A stretch of DNA of 64,000 nt from Octopus sinensis (Eukaryota). Shown here in pieces: positions 50,889 through 64,000 of the stretch; the stretch's first letter is position 1, and every line of letters starts with the position of its first letter. A model generated the notes under the pieces. The model saw only the letters and a list, made by a program, of their open reading frames with translations. It was not told the origin of the DNA and ran no database searches. The stretch is taken from contig NC_043016.1 of the NCBI RefSeq assembly GCF_006345805.1, positions 32,364,001-32,428,000 on the forward strand. Reading direction: 5' to 3'. The translations under genes and the position numbers were made by a program.

Positions 50889-53800
50889 ACTATGTTTTTT
50901 TTTTTATTCTTTTAAATGACTCATTCATTTCCCAGTCTTTTTTTGGGGGGCATCATTCTATTATTCTTTGTGTTGTTCATGCATTTTTGGTTACTTTTTC
51001 TGATGAGTAGTAGTGCACCTGAGCACTGTATACAATAAGTTCGTTATTTTTTTAAGGTGGTGTTTGGAGCATAAATTAACACGAAAAATTTGATGGAAGG
51101 GTTTTAATTTGGATTGCTTTAAAACAGGAAGTTTGTATCACAGAAGCAGGGGCAGCCTTGGGCAGGTTGGTAACAAAAGGTTTAAAGAGAAAAAGAGATG
51201 GGGAGGGGGGGAGAGAGAAGGAGGGAGAGAAAGAAAGAAAGAGTGAAAGGAAAATGTGTTTTGAGGTGTGTGTTCTTGTGTTTACTTGTATGTATGGTTG
51301 TGTGTGCATGTGTATGTGCAAGTGTGTTTGTGTGCATATATATGTGTGCATATATATGTGTGCATATGTGTGTGTGCAAGTGTGTGCACATGTATGTACA
51401 TGTGTGTGTATGTGTTTGCCTGTGTGTGTATGCATGTATGTGTATGCATGTGTATGTGTGCATGTGTGTGTGTGCATGAAAGTGTGCATCTGAAATATTT
51501 TGTCCACTTGTTGCTGTTGATTGTAATCATTATTGTTTAATCCAACATTAGCCCTGATTGAGCATACCCTATGATCAAAAGCATTCCAGTTACGACCATC
51601 CCAGTGATTTTTTTTTATTGATTTATTTTTTGGCTTTATCCAGAACTACATTTTCTAATGTGTTCTAACATTTTTTTTGTGTGTGTGTGTTTTGTCTTTT
51701 TTCCCTTATTTTCAAAGTGATAGGGTGAGGATTCTAAGACATTTACCCCCCCCCCCGGACAATTACCTCTGAGGACAACAGATGACGATTCAAAACTTCT
51801 TAATATATTGAAGAGGGGGGTAATTAACCAAGAGGGGTAATTGTCCTAGGTGGTTAATTGTCCTGAGATATGAGGGAGATTTGGCTGTTGGGAGGTGGGA
51901 GAGGCAAGAGTGGGGAAAGCATATATGTATATACACACACACACACACATATGCACTTCACTGAGGAGTTGTGATAAAACTGAAACATGCTCAGAGTTGT
52001 CATCACATCGTCATATCTACCAATCATGAGACCCATTCTCTACTACATGTTCTCACTTAATATTTTAATCCATTTAAGTTTCAGAGATGCCTTTCTTGAA
52101 AAGAATTATCATTAGCATCAATGGGGAGTTTGGTTTGTTTTTTTTCCTTTACATTACAGATGTAATTTCAGTTGATTAAACAGTGATGTTTGTTTTTGTT
52201 TTGTTTTATTCTCACGTAACTTGCATGCTTAATTAATCAATTATTATTATCATGCTCGTAATACTTAGAGATGTGTTCTATTTCTCCCTGGAAATCCCAT
52301 TTTTAACACTGAGTAAACCAGACCATTTTAAAACAAAATCTCTTTGCTTCAAATACTTTCCAATGATGATAATGATATGGGAATTGGGATATGTGTGTGT
52401 TAAAGCTGATCTCATTAGTTAATAGTTCAAAAAACTTTTAGTGACTCAACCAAATTTATGGAGCTCTTCACTCTGTCAAGTAGAAAAATATGCATTCTTT
52501 TATATAATTTGATCTTTATCGTTTTTTTTCATTTAAAGTATGGCTGTTTGCTAAAAAGCTTGCTTTCCAATCACATGGTTTCTGGTTCAGTCCCATTGTG
52601 TGGCATCTTGGGCAAGTGTCTTCTACTATAGCTTTAAGCAAACCAAAGCTTGTGAGTGGATTTGATAGACGGAAACTGAAAGAAGTTCATCATATATATA
52701 TATCATCATCATCATCATCATTTAACGTCTGTTTTCCATGCTAGCATGGGTTGGACGGTTCAACTGGGGTCTGGGAAGCCAGGAGGCTGCGCCAGGCCAG
52801 TCAGATCTGGCAGTGTTTCTACGGCTGGTTGCCCTTATATATATATACATACATACACACACACAAACACACATATATATACATCGTTGTCATTATGTTT
52901 AAGTGCTGTATGTCAAAATTTGGCAAAATGCGGTTTTTCCAACATTTATTTTTGCTTGTAATAGCTGGTTCTTTTGGTCAAACTATTTTATCTCCAGCTG
53001 CTTCAGATGCCAAAATATTAAATATTTTCAAAGACACTATTTCACGTTGCTCTGGTCCACTCAGCTGGCAAAAATGAGTAGTACCTGTATTTCAAGGGAC
53101 CAGCCTTGTCACACTCTGTGTCGCACTGAAGCTCCACATAAAAAAACACTCAGCACACACTGTTGAGTGGTTGGTGTGATTGGTGTTAGGAAAGTGCACC
53201 CAGCTGTTGAACCCTTGTCAGAACAATGGAACTTGGTACTTCACCTGACCTTACCAACTCTGGTCAAAACTTCCAACCCATGCTGGTGTGGAAAACAGAT
53301 GTTAAATGACGATGACGACGACGACGACGATGATGATGGTGATGGTGACGGTGATGGTGATGGTGATGGTGATGGCGATGATGATGACGATGATGATGAC
53401 ATCATCACTGCTGCTGCTGTAGTTGGATCCAACAGACATATGATCAAAGACAATCGACACTCGACAATGGTGTTGGTGTGTTTAATTCCTTGTAACTTAG
53501 TGGTTCAGCAAAATAGATCTTTAGAATAAGTACCAGACTTAACAATAAATAAATAAATAAATAAATAAATAGTACTGGAGCCAATTCACTTGACTAAAAA
53601 TTCTTCAAAGTGGTATTTGCTCCAGCATGGCCACAGTCTAATGGCTGAAACAAGTAACATACAAAAGATAAAAGATACAACATTGCATTAAATTATCCGT
53701 ACCCCCAATAAAATAAAATAAATTTTAAAAAAAGAAGAAAAAAAAAGAAGTTATCTGAATTGTAATTAGGGTTAAAAGTGCAAGAATTTTATTATGTGTC

Positions 53801-54085
53801 AGTTTCCTGTGAGATTTTCCATTCTCTAGCTTTGAAAGATTTTCTTACTCTTAACTTTTGAAGAAGATCTTGCCAAAAATGAAATATTAAACCAACTTGA
53901 TTTCCAGTAAAAAAAAAAATTGTTTTTTAATTAATCTGAGGAAATAAATTTTGTTTTATCTGATATTTTAAGTATTTTGTTGTTGCTATTGTTTTTGATT
54001 TTGTTTTTCTTCTTTTTTTTTGTCTTTTTTCATTTAGAAGTTTTATTTAAAATATTTTTATCCGTTTTTAATGTGTCTGTTTCAG

Positions 54086-54219
54086 AAAGCCATCAGAGAA
54101 AAGTGGAGGAAAAACCCAGAAATACTACAACTAAACATTCTTATCAGACGCCTCTTGATATAGACCCAAGTTTCATCAGCAGGATCAAACTAAAGAATCT
54201 TCTGGAAAACATGAAACAG
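54086..54219 (+). CDS. Candidate coding exon E4 (phase 1 start; ESHQRKVEEKPRNTTTKHSYQTPLDIDPSFISRIKLKNLLENMKQ); 3' end uncertain (weak donor GTTACT, or stop at 54247-54249)
   Basis: Acceptor gtgtctgtttcAG; the longest open frame is the phase-1 frame continuing E3. Confidence 0.5.
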
Positions 54220-54449
54220 GTTACTGGAACTATTCTTGTTGTTATTTAAGCTGGAACAATCATTAGTACCCCAGATAAACAGCTTTTATCTGTCTTTACG
54301 TTCTAAGTTCAAATTCCACCATGGGGTTGACTTTACCTTTTATCCTTTTGGGGTTAGTGAAATAAGTGCTGTTTGAATACTGGGGTAAAATGTAATTGAT
54401 TTTTGCCCCGCACTCAAATTTCAGGCGTTGTGTCTATAGTTGACAGGAT

Positions 54450-54782
<333 letters not shown>

Positions 54783-55149
54783 ACTATGGTATCAACTAAC
54801 TTCCTCACATCTAAAATTCTTGACCTTGTACTTAAATTGAAAATAATTTTTATTATTATTGTTTTGGCTGTTGCTGTTGTTGTTATTGTTGTTGCTGTTG
54901 CTGTTATTGTTGTTGTTGTCATTGTTGTTCTTGTTATCATTATTAAAAGATAGCAAAGAACAGTGATGATGTCAGACAAAAACTTGTGACACTTTACATT
55001 CTGGGTTCAAATTCCACTGAGGTTGATTTTGCCTTTCATCTTTTCAAGGTCGGTAAAATAAATACCATTTGATCACTGGGGTTGATTTAATTGACTGTCC
55101 CCATCCCCCAAAATTTCAGGCCTTGTGCCTATAGTAGAAAGGATTATTA

Positions 55150-55510
55150 TTCTATAACTGTTCAATATTTGGTAGATTGAAGCAAATCTCTACTGCATCA
55201 CTTGCTCCACCTCTGTGTTGCTGGGGTGTGTACAGATTTGTGTGTTCTTCCTTGCTGTTGAGCATGTGTGAACTCTTCCTGGTACTGTATTGTGTTTCTT
55301 ATTTCCCTTGAGGTGTGGTACTGTCTTTTGTTGTGTTACTGCTTGTATTGTGTGTTGAGTATGTAATGCTTTGGTTTTCTAGCCTGCTGGTGGGAGTTTA
55401 TTTCACTGAGTAAATGCTGTATAGAGTCTGTCTTGCATTTGTGGATTGTTTTGTTTAGGTTGTATCAACAGTGTCTTGCATAGGATGTGGGCTGTTCCTA
55501 ACATTTGATT
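55150..55510 (-). mobile_element. Dong/R4 extreme 3' end and UTR
   Basis: MLGTAHILCKTLLIQ matches LLGTAHILRRTLSIQ of the 38-kb copy. Confidence 0.6.
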
Positions 55511-57145
55511 GTAAGATATTTTATTAGTTGAACAATATTTCAACAGTACGTCTGTCTTTGTCAAGTTCAAAATAACAAGTGATAAAAATTCAAAATTATA
55601 GAAATTTAAACATAAAGTATGAATGAGAGCAACCAGTGTCCACATGTTGATGGAATGACATCATCAGCTTTTCAATTACAATTTTATAACAGGTGAGAAA
55701 AAAAGACAGAAAAAACAGAAAAAAGAAGACAGATAAAAAGGAAAGAAAAAGAAAGAATATTTAATCAAGCAGTTTTGTATGAATTTGATGATATTCTCCT
55801 GTCATCTTATTCATTCCTCCAGGGTGTGATGTTAATAACCCGCAAACATATTTCTCCTCTTACATTCTGAGAAGTGAAAGTGAAGCAGATTCAGAATATT
55901 TTCTGAGAATATGCACTTTCAAGTCTTCTTGCAGCCGCTTGAAACGAAATGTTCAGCAATTTCTGTAGAACTACTGTTATTGTACCTGACATCGAATCTG
56001 TGCCCATTAAACCTTTTGTTTAATTGTTCTGTTGTGCAACCAACATAAATTAAGTTGTGCTTTGTGCATTCTGCAGTGTACACCAAATGGGAATCTTTAC
56101 ATGTTCCACCTTCTGTATAAATCATAACATTTCTGTTAGGATTTCTGATGGAATTCACTTCACTCATGTTGTTACACAATGAACAGGACTTACTTCTCTT
56201 GCAGCTGTTCTTTAAGGTACAGTGTGCAGATAGTCCAATGTTCATTTTCTTGGAGTCAGACATAGAGGTCAATAATTCTCTTATATTCTTATTCCATCTA
56301 AAGGCTACAATAGGCAGCTGAAAGAAATATATGTTTGAAACGAGGATATTTTTTCACCACATGCTGGTAACTTTCATGCAATACTTTTGAAATGCCAGTG
56401 GAATTTTGGTGCCAGCTAATCACTAAAGGAATTCTGTCATCTATTGTATTGTGTTTGCTAAAATTATGCATGTAGGTTTGTCTATCTTTGCTAATCTTAG
56501 CTATTTCATTTAATATACATCCTTTAATCATGATTCACTGCAACCACATTTGACATAATGGTATACAAAAGCACTTGCATGTTTCCAGTAATCCCCTATG
56601 TCAGTACAAATCCATTTTATTCTTAAAAATTGGGATTTCAGATTTGACTGAATAAGATGATGTGGATGATCGGAGCGGCGGTGGAGATAAATGTGGGATG
56701 ACGTGGGCTTGCAAAATATCTCTGTCACTATTCTGTTTCTAGAAAACTTGACTTTTGTGTCCAAAAATTCAACGCTAGTTTTTGAAAAACTAGATGTAAA
56801 TTTTATGTTGGACTTAAAGTCATAGTTTCTTGAATAACAGTCACAAAAATTTATACAAAACTGTTTGATTAAATATTCTTCTTTCTCTCTTTTTCTTTCC
56901 TTTTTTATCTGTCATCTTCTTTTTTCTGTTTTTTTTTCTGTCTTTTTGTTTTTGCCTGTTATAAAATTGTAACTTAAAAACTGTTGATGTCATTCCATCA
57001 ACGTGTGGACACTGGTTGCTCTCATTCATACTTTACATTTAAATTTCTATAATTTAGAATTTTTATCACTTGTTATTTTGAACTTGACAAAGACAGACTT
57101 ACTGTTGAAATATCGTTCAACTAATAAAATATTTTACAATCGAAT
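55504..57145 (-). mobile_element. Penelope-like element, 5'-truncated (RT thumb, linker, GIY-YIG) with inverted pseudo-LTRs of about 290 bp (55504-55786, 56847-57145)
   Basis: MDTKV...KPTSSHIYLHRRSDHPHH...KSQFLRIKWIC (PLE RT thumb); RIPLVISWH; CKDSHLVYTAECTKHNLIYVGCTTEQLNKRFNGHR (GIY-YIG); LLTSHPGGMN. Confidence 0.9.
55919..56272 (-). pseudogene. GIY-YIG endonuclease fragment of the PLE
   Basis: Cys-x2-Cys motif then LVY...YVG...R...HR. Confidence 0.88.
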
Positions 57146-57520
57146 CACGTTCTTCGTCTTGACTATTATTATTATTATTGTTATTAAGGCTGCAAACTGG
57201 CAGAATCATTAAGCATGACAGGCAAAATGTTTAGTGGTATTTTGTCCATCCTTATGTTCTGAGTTCAAATTCTGCTGAGGTTGGTTTTGTCTTTTATCCT
57301 TTCAGAGTCGATAAATTAAGTACCAGTGAAACACCGGGGTCGATGTAATCAACTGGTCTTCCTTCCCACCAAAATTTCAGGGCTTGTGCCTATAGTAGAA
57401 AGGATTGTTATTATTATTATTATTTGTTGTTGTTTGCAGCAAGCCTGTAACCACAGAGGTCTTTATAATGGTCATGATGATGATAATGATGATGATGATG
57501 ATGATGATCATCATCATCAT

Positions 57521-57712
57521 CATTGTCTCTTTTGTTGTAATCAACTTCATCATTATTCATTTGTCATCATATTACTTATTCCCAATCCTTACCATCATTC
57601 TCATCATCATTTTAATTCTCATCATCACTTTAAAGTAGTTTTGTTGTAGGTATCATCATCATCACCATCATCATCACCATCATCATTATCATCATCATCA
57701 TCATCTCTATCG

Positions 57713-57746
<34 letters not shown>

Positions 57747-57966
57747 TGTCTCTTTTGTTGTAATCAACTTCATCATTATTCATTTGTCATCATATTACTT
57801 ATTCCCAATCCTTACCATCATTCTCATCATCATTTTAATTCTCATCATCACTTTAAAGTAGTTTTGTTGTAGGTATCATCATCATCACCATCATCATCAC
57901 CATCATCATTATCATCATCATCATCATCATCTCTATCGTCATCATCATCATCATCATCGTCATCAT
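57521..57966. repeat. Near-perfect 223-bp tandem duplication within (CAT)n
   Basis: Units start at 57521 and 57744. Confidence 0.9.
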
Positions 57967-58331
57967 CTTCATCATTATCATCATCATCCCCATCATCCTC
58001 ATCCTCATCATCATCATCATCATTATTTAATGTCCAATTGTCCATGCTGGCATGGGTTGGATGGTTGAACCAGAGCTGGTTGGAAGGCTGCACCAGATCC
58101 GTTGTTTTTTTTGCATCTCTTCTGATAGCAATACTTTGGTTGGATGAAACTTGTTGAAACAGCCTTCTTCGATTGGATTATCCTTTCTGGTACCAACCCT
58201 TACTTGTTCCCAAGTAAAGTACTTATTCTGTTGGTCTTCTGCATGATGTAAACAATGGCTCTGTGCTATAACAATGACCAGTTTATGCTTTAAGTACTTA
58301 AACAAAATACATGTGAGCAGACTCAAACACA

Positions 58332-58371
<40 letters not shown>

Positions 58372-58599
58372 TACAATGTATACACACACAACACATGTCT
58401 TAAATTTAGGATCATATATTCTCTTCTTTCTCTTACCGCACTTAATCTTTTTTCTTCTCTTTGATAAAGGGCATCACCTGAAATTTTTGATTCCTTTCTG
58501 TGTTTTGTTTTGGTGTATTTATCATCATTGCACACTTCTTTGATTGTTTTTGTTCTTGCTTTAGATTTCTATACTTTTTCAGTCACATGTTTTCAATTG

Positions 58600-58890
58600 T
58601 TTCACAATCAAAGCTAGTAATATCACTAAGAGAGTCCATCTGAAACGGGATAATTTGAGTGGAGTGAAATATGTAATTACTGAGTACTGGAAGCACAAGT
58701 TCTGTTGGGTCAGACATGTGAGATTTACAGACAACAGGCTGACCTGTGCTGTTGCTGAGTGACATCGAAGGGTTTGAGAAGGGCCACATGGAAGGCTTCC
58801 AGACATTTGGTCAAACAATTTGAGTCAAAATGGAAAAGAATGGAGCAATCAAGACAAAACTGGAATGTATTGTAACCAGTGGTGTATAAC
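58600..58890 (+). mobile_element. Old RTE-1-like LINE 3' relic (different family)
   Basis: KHKFCWVRHVRFTDNRLTCAVAE*...GRLPDIWS resembles K..WAGHV.RF.DNRWT.AV..W...GRPP.RW. Confidence 0.55.
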
Positions 58891-58927
58891 AGCATTCTGA
58901 TGGTCTGATTGATATATATATATATAT

Positions 58928-58964
<37 letters not shown>

Positions 58965-59265
58965 CACAGCAGACTTCTTTCTCAAATCCACTCACACAGC
59001 TTTGGTTAGCTAACGTTATTGGAGAAGGAACTCACCCGAGGTGCCACACAGTGAGACTGAACCTGGATCCATGTTGTTGAGAAGCAAAGTTCTTACATAT
59101 ACATCGTAACAGTGAACATGAGGACAAAAATAAGATAAAACATATATTTTTTCTCATCCAGCTGTAGAAACACTGCCAGATCAGACTGGGCCTGGCGGTG
59201 CCTTCTGGCTTCCCAGACCCCAGTTGAACCGTCCAACCCATGCTAGCATGGAAAACAGACGTTAA

Positions 59266-59296
<31 letters not shown>

Positions 59297-59878
59297 CAAA
59301 TCAAATAACATAATCCCTATTTTATGACAGTTAGAGAACTTTCACTCGTGGTTATCTGGAAATTATTTCTGTAGTTCAAGAGGAATTAAAAGAGAAATGT
59401 TTTTCACATGAATATTTTCACTTGCTAGGGATTTCTTTTAACCCTTTCAGTTCCATCCTGTTCGAGACCAAATATTACAAAAGGTATAAAATATCTCATT
59501 TTAAATTTCTCATATTCAAATAAAAACAAACAAACAAACAAATAAACAAAAAAAAAAAACTCTCAAAACAAATTTATATTATAATTTTGTGTAAGAATCT
59601 AATGTTAAGTTATATTTCCTAACAGATAATTTTATCATCACAACGTTAGCTATTTTGTTAAATTTCTCCACATTGTTGATTATTTTCAAAATTAATCGAA
59701 GCATACTGACAATGTATTTTAAAGTCTCTTGTATAGCTTCTCACTTCATTGGATGGAAAAAAAAAGAAACAAAAAAAAAACTTGTAGATAATCAAAAGAG
59801 AAATGTTTTTCAAAAACATAGTTTAAGGCAATAAAACTATTCAGGAGAATGAAATTTATGAACTTGCTGTAAATTAAG

Positions 59879-60048
59879 AATTCCATCACATTAAACTTTG
59901 ACATAAGCAAAACAAGGAAGAAGCCTCTACATGGCTGCTCATTCTGCTAAAAATAACAGCCGAAATTCCATCACATTAAACTTTGACATAAGCAAAACAA
60001 GGAAGAAGCCTCTACATGGCTGCTCATTCTGCTAAAAATAACAGCCGA
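59879..60048. repeat. Perfect 85-bp tandem duplication
   Basis: Units start at 59879 and 59964. Confidence 0.95.
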
Positions 60049-60910
60049 ATCTCTCTCAAGTCATGCGTTTCCAGAAAGAACAAGAACACACTGGATAATA
60101 TGTAGTCCTAGATATAATGTATCTGAGTTAAAGCTGGAACAAGCAAAGCTGTAAAATATCTTTGATTATAGGTGTGTCTGCAGGATCAAAAGTGATTTCA
60201 GGATTAAGTAACAAGTTCACACATATTTTTAAGCCCAGTGTGGGTCACTTTTTTTTCTGAGAAGTGAGTTGCATGTGAAGTAATGGAAAAGTTTTCTTCT
60301 TGAGTCAAACTGACTCAAAAGAGCCAGTTTCCTGGTTTCTGTGGCGTATATATTCCCTCACCCCTGGACAGGACGCCAGTCCATTGCAGAATTACTCATT
60401 TTTGCCAGCTGAGTGGACTGGAGCAACATGAAATGGAGTGTTTTCTTCAAGAATACAATGCACCACACGGTCTAGGCATTGAAACCCCAATCTTACGATC
60501 ATGAGTCCAACACCCTAACCACAAAGCCGCATACCTCCACAGTGAGCTGCATGAGACATGGCTCATCAACAGACAAGCCACACTACTGGAAAAAAAGGTA
60601 TTTTTTTTTGTTGGGCATGCAATTCAGAAAGTTTCCTGGATTGGTTGTGGCCCATGGACCACTTGCAGCCCATGGACCACTTACAGCCCATGAGCCAAAT
60701 GTTGCCTGTGCCTGGTTTAACCCTTTAGAATTTAAACCAGCCATATCTGGTCCAAAACTTCTACCTGTCTTGTGTTCAAAACAGCTAGATTTGGCCTCTC
60801 ATGCTTAGCCAACAATGTCATTTCAAAATTAAGTAATGTGCAAAATAATAAATAAAACGTATATATTTGGTAAAATGACTACACGTGATAAAAGGTTTTT
60901 TTCTAATTTT

Positions 60911-60947
<37 letters not shown>

Positions 60948-61809
60948 TATATATATTTCACAAAATATAATATAGCATATATATATATTATATTTTGTGA
61001 AATTTGATTTAGTATTTCTAAACTTAATTTTTCCCTGTAAGTTTGAATATTCCCTAATATTATTATTATATTTATATGTGTGTGTGTGTATTTATATATA
61101 TATATATATTATATATTTATATATATAATATTTAGATAGACAGATGGACTGACTAACGTCTTTCAGTTTCTGTTTACCAAATCTACTTGCAAGGTTTTTG
61201 TCCTGCCCAAGGTTAGTGTAGAAGACACTTGCCCAAGGTGTCATGCAGCAGGACTGAACCTGGAACCTTGTGGCTGGGAAGTGAACTTCTTATCACACAG
61301 CCATGTCTGCACGTATCTTTTCTAAGGCAGTAGATTATAATTTTAAAGGAGATTTGACTGCTATTTTTTTACAGTTTCAGAAACTACATAGATACCCTTA
61401 CTCTTTCAGAAAGAGGATACTTACTCAATGGTGGATAAGAGAGTGAAGTCGGTTTAAACTATTCAAATGCATGAAGTTTAATTTTCGTTCTACAATCAGT
61501 TTAATTAGTCCATTTAACCCAATAATGCATAAAGTTTAATCTTCACTCTACAATTAACTGCAATTAATTAACAATAAAACTAAAACTAAACAATATGGAT
61601 GAGATAGTCATAAATGATTGATTATTTTATAGTTTGGATTTATGGAAAGTTAATTGCTGGTTTAGGTTTTCTGTGTCTCTTGATTACTGCAGATGCAATA
61701 TTCCACGTGAAGGGCATGGCAGTTATCTTGATTTTGTAAAGGTCAGCGACTGGTCAAGTCTGTAGCATTATTTCTTTTTCTTTCTTTTCTTGGTTTCAAA
61801 AGAATGGTT

Positions 61810-62050
61810 TAGGTTTGTTCAGGATTTTAGCAGAATACAAGATTGCACTTGTTTGCAGGTCAACAATGTGAGCCTCAGTTCCAGTTTCATTCAGTTTTTT
61901 TTTTTTTTTTGTTGGTAGCATTTTTGGTTTTGTGCCAAGTGCACCAATAACCACAGGAATAATTGTTGTCTAAGCCTTTCATACCCTTTTCATCTCTCTA
62001 GCTCTGCTCTGATATTTCTCAATTTTCGAAACTTTTTTGGTATCCACCCT
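61810..62050 (-). mobile_element. Dong/R4 RLE relic
   Basis: KIEKYQ...TIIPVVIGALGTK...DLQTSAILYSAKIL. Confidence 0.6.
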
Positions 62051-62285
62051 ATCCATAATCTTCATCCATCATCATCATCATTATCATCATCATTATTTAA
62101 CATCCGCTTTCCATTTAGAATAAGTACTAGGTTTAAGAAAAAAAATGATACTGGATTTGATTCTTTCAACTAAAATTCTTCAAAGTGGTGCCCCAGCATG
62201 GCCACAATCTAATGACTGAAACAAGTAAAAAAAAAATTGAAGATAAAAAATAACCATCAGAGTAACTTGGGTCTTATGACATATG

Positions 62286-63348
62286 AAACAAGGGTTAAAG
62301 AATGATATGAAATAGGGGTTAAAGATAGTAAGAAACATGGGTAAAAGAATGATAGCAAACAAGGGTTAAAGAATGGTAGGAAACAAGGATTAAAGAATGA
62401 TAGGAAACAAGGGCTAAAGAATGGTAGGAAACAAGGGTTAAAGAATGATGAGAAACAAGGGTTAAAGAATGATATGAAACAAGGGTTAAAGAATGGTAGG
62501 AAACAAGGGTTAAAGAATGATGAGAAACAAGGGTTAAAGAATGATATGAAACAAGGGTTAAAGAATGGTAGGAAACAGGGTTAAAGAATGGTAGGAAATA
62601 AGGGTTAAAGAATGATGAGAAACAAGGGTTAAGAATGATATGAAACAAGGTTAAAGAATGGTAGGAAACAAGGGTTAAAGAATGATGAGAAACAAGGGTT
62701 AAAGAATGATATGAAACAAGGGTTAAAGAATGGTAGGAAACAAGGGTTAAAGAATGGTAGGAAATAAGGGTTAAAGAATGGTAGGAAACAAGTGTTAAAG
62801 AATGGTAGGAAACAAGGGTTAAAGAATGGTGAGAAACAAGGGTTAAAGAATGGTGAGAAACAAGGGTTAAAGAATGGTAGGAAACAAGTGTTAAAGAATG
62901 GTAGGAAACAAGGGTTAAAGAATGGTGAGAAACAAGGGTTAAAGAATGATGAGAAACAAGGGTTAGAGAATGGTGAGAAACAAGGGTTAAAGAATGGTAG
63001 GAAACAAGTGTTAAAGAATGGTAGGAAACAAGTGTTAAAGAATGGTAGGAAACAAGGGTTAAAGAATGATGAGAAACAAAGGTTAAAGAATGATATGAAA
63101 CAAGGGTTAAAGAATGGTAGGAAACAAGGGTTAAAGAATGATAGCAAACAAGGGTTAAAGAATGATATGAAACAAGGGTTAAAGAATGGTAGGAAACAAG
63201 AGTTAAAGAATGGTGAGAAACAAAGGTTAAGAATGATAGGAAACAAGGGTTAAAGAAAGGTAGGAACAAGGATTAAAGAATGATATGAAACAAGGGTTAA
63301 AGAATGGTGAGAAACAAGGGTTAAAGAATGGTAGGAAACAAGGGTTAA
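62286..63348. repeat. 24-bp minisatellite, about 44 copies, with a variable 4-nt cassette
   Basis: Unit GAAACAAGGGTTAAAGAATG + GTAG/ATGA/ATAT/GTGA. Confidence 0.97.
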
Positions 63349-63377
63349 CTAATACTCTGCTAACAAGAATAGACATT

Positions 63378-63477
63378 NNNNNNNNNNNNNNNNNNNNNNN
63401 NNNNNNNNNNNNNNNNNNNNNNNNNNNNNNNNNNNNNNNNNNNNNNNNNNNNNNNNNNNNNNNNNNNNNNNNNNNNN
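63378..63477. other. Assembly gap (100 N)
   Basis: Run of N. Confidence 0.99.
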
Positions 63478-63764
63478 ATTAATTGTTGCTGTTGTTGTAA
63501 TACTTGCATCTGCAACTCCTGTGGTTGTTCCTGTTGCTTCACTTGAAGATGTATTACTGCAGCTAATAGAGTCTCCATAATTTAACAATTTGCATGATGC
63601 ACAAGTTAGTGCAGGAATGGCTGTGTGGTAAGAAGCTTGCTTCCCAACCACACAGTTCTGGATTTAGTCCCACTTCATGGCACCATGGGCAAGGGTCTTC
63701 TACTACAGCCCCGGGTCGACCAAAGCCTTGTGAGTGGATTTTGTAGACGGAAACTGAAAGAAGG

Positions 63765-63995
63765 TGGTGAACCGGCAGAAACTTTAGCCTGCCAGGCAAA
63801 ATGCTTAGTGGTATTTTGTCTGTCTTTACGTTCTGAGTTCAAATTCTGCCTAGGTTGACTTTGCCTTTCATCCTTTTGGGGTCGATAATTAAGTTCCAGT
63901 TACGCACTGAGATCGATGTAATCGACTTAATCCTTTTGTCTGTCCTTGTTTGTCCCCTCTATATATAACCCCTTGTGGGAAATAAAGAAATAAGT
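63765..63995 (+). mobile_element. SINE family B inserted after a SINE A 5' half
   Basis: Family B motifs. Confidence 0.82.
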
Positions 63996-64000
63996 AACTG

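Noticed and set aside
52085-52132. 48-nt phase 1-1 exon candidate (EMPFLKRIIISINGEF)
   Set aside because: Phase fits, but the donor GTTTGT and the polypyrimidine tract are weak; insufficient support.
52928-53077. Signal-peptide-like ORF MRFFQHLFLLVIAGSFGQ...
   Set aside because: Runs straight into a SINE fragment at about 53030; no donor site; likely chance hydrophobicity in T-rich DNA.
61693-61741. Exon candidate CNIPREGHGSYLDFVK with AG/GT ends
   Set aside because: Phase does not match E4, and it appears to lie in the 3' UTR of the minus-strand Dong relic.
62286-63348. Telomeric repeat (GGGTTA inside the unit)
   Set aside because: One hexamer per 24-bp unit, not tandem TTAGGG.
62319-63482. 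Long ORFs (316, 205, 153 aa) with GLKNGRKQ / SLTLVSYH repeats
   Set aside because: By-product of a 24-bp unit divisible by three; open on both strands, broken by single-base indels, no unique flanking coding sequence.

Overview
AT-rich, repeat-saturated animal DNA. The SINE, RTE and Dong/R4 repertoire points to a coleoid cephalopod, most likely Octopus (inferred from repeat families only). Two 100-N gaps (83-182, 63378-63477). Nearly all six-frame ORFs are microsatellite or transposon artefacts. The window looks like the interior of one large + strand gene. Four phase-compatible candidate exons (439-500, 22012-22138, 30603-30665, 54086-54219) join into an open frame I cannot assign to a family. 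The introns hold tRNA-derived SINEs, two 5'-truncated RTE LINEs with a PHD-like finger, Dong/R4 relics beside (TAA)n, three non-autonomous Helitrons with exact A|TC...CTAG|T ends, piggyBac and Tc1 MITEs, a Penelope-like element (PLE), and mini/microsatellites. The main finding is a set of type I hammerhead ribozyme (HHR) motifs of different sequence families. One lies in a 234-bp palindrome (29717-29950), one pair in a TSD-flanked element with a tRNA-like Pol III head (24802-25381), one between direct repeats 342 bp apart (48510-48554), and relics lie in the inverted repeats of the PLE (55504-57145). Three of these share one geometry: two HHR-bearing 3' ends pointing outward around a variable core. 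This suggests a family of PLE-mobilised inverted-repeat ribozyme elements. All folds and alignments were done by eye; none of the activities is demonstrated.
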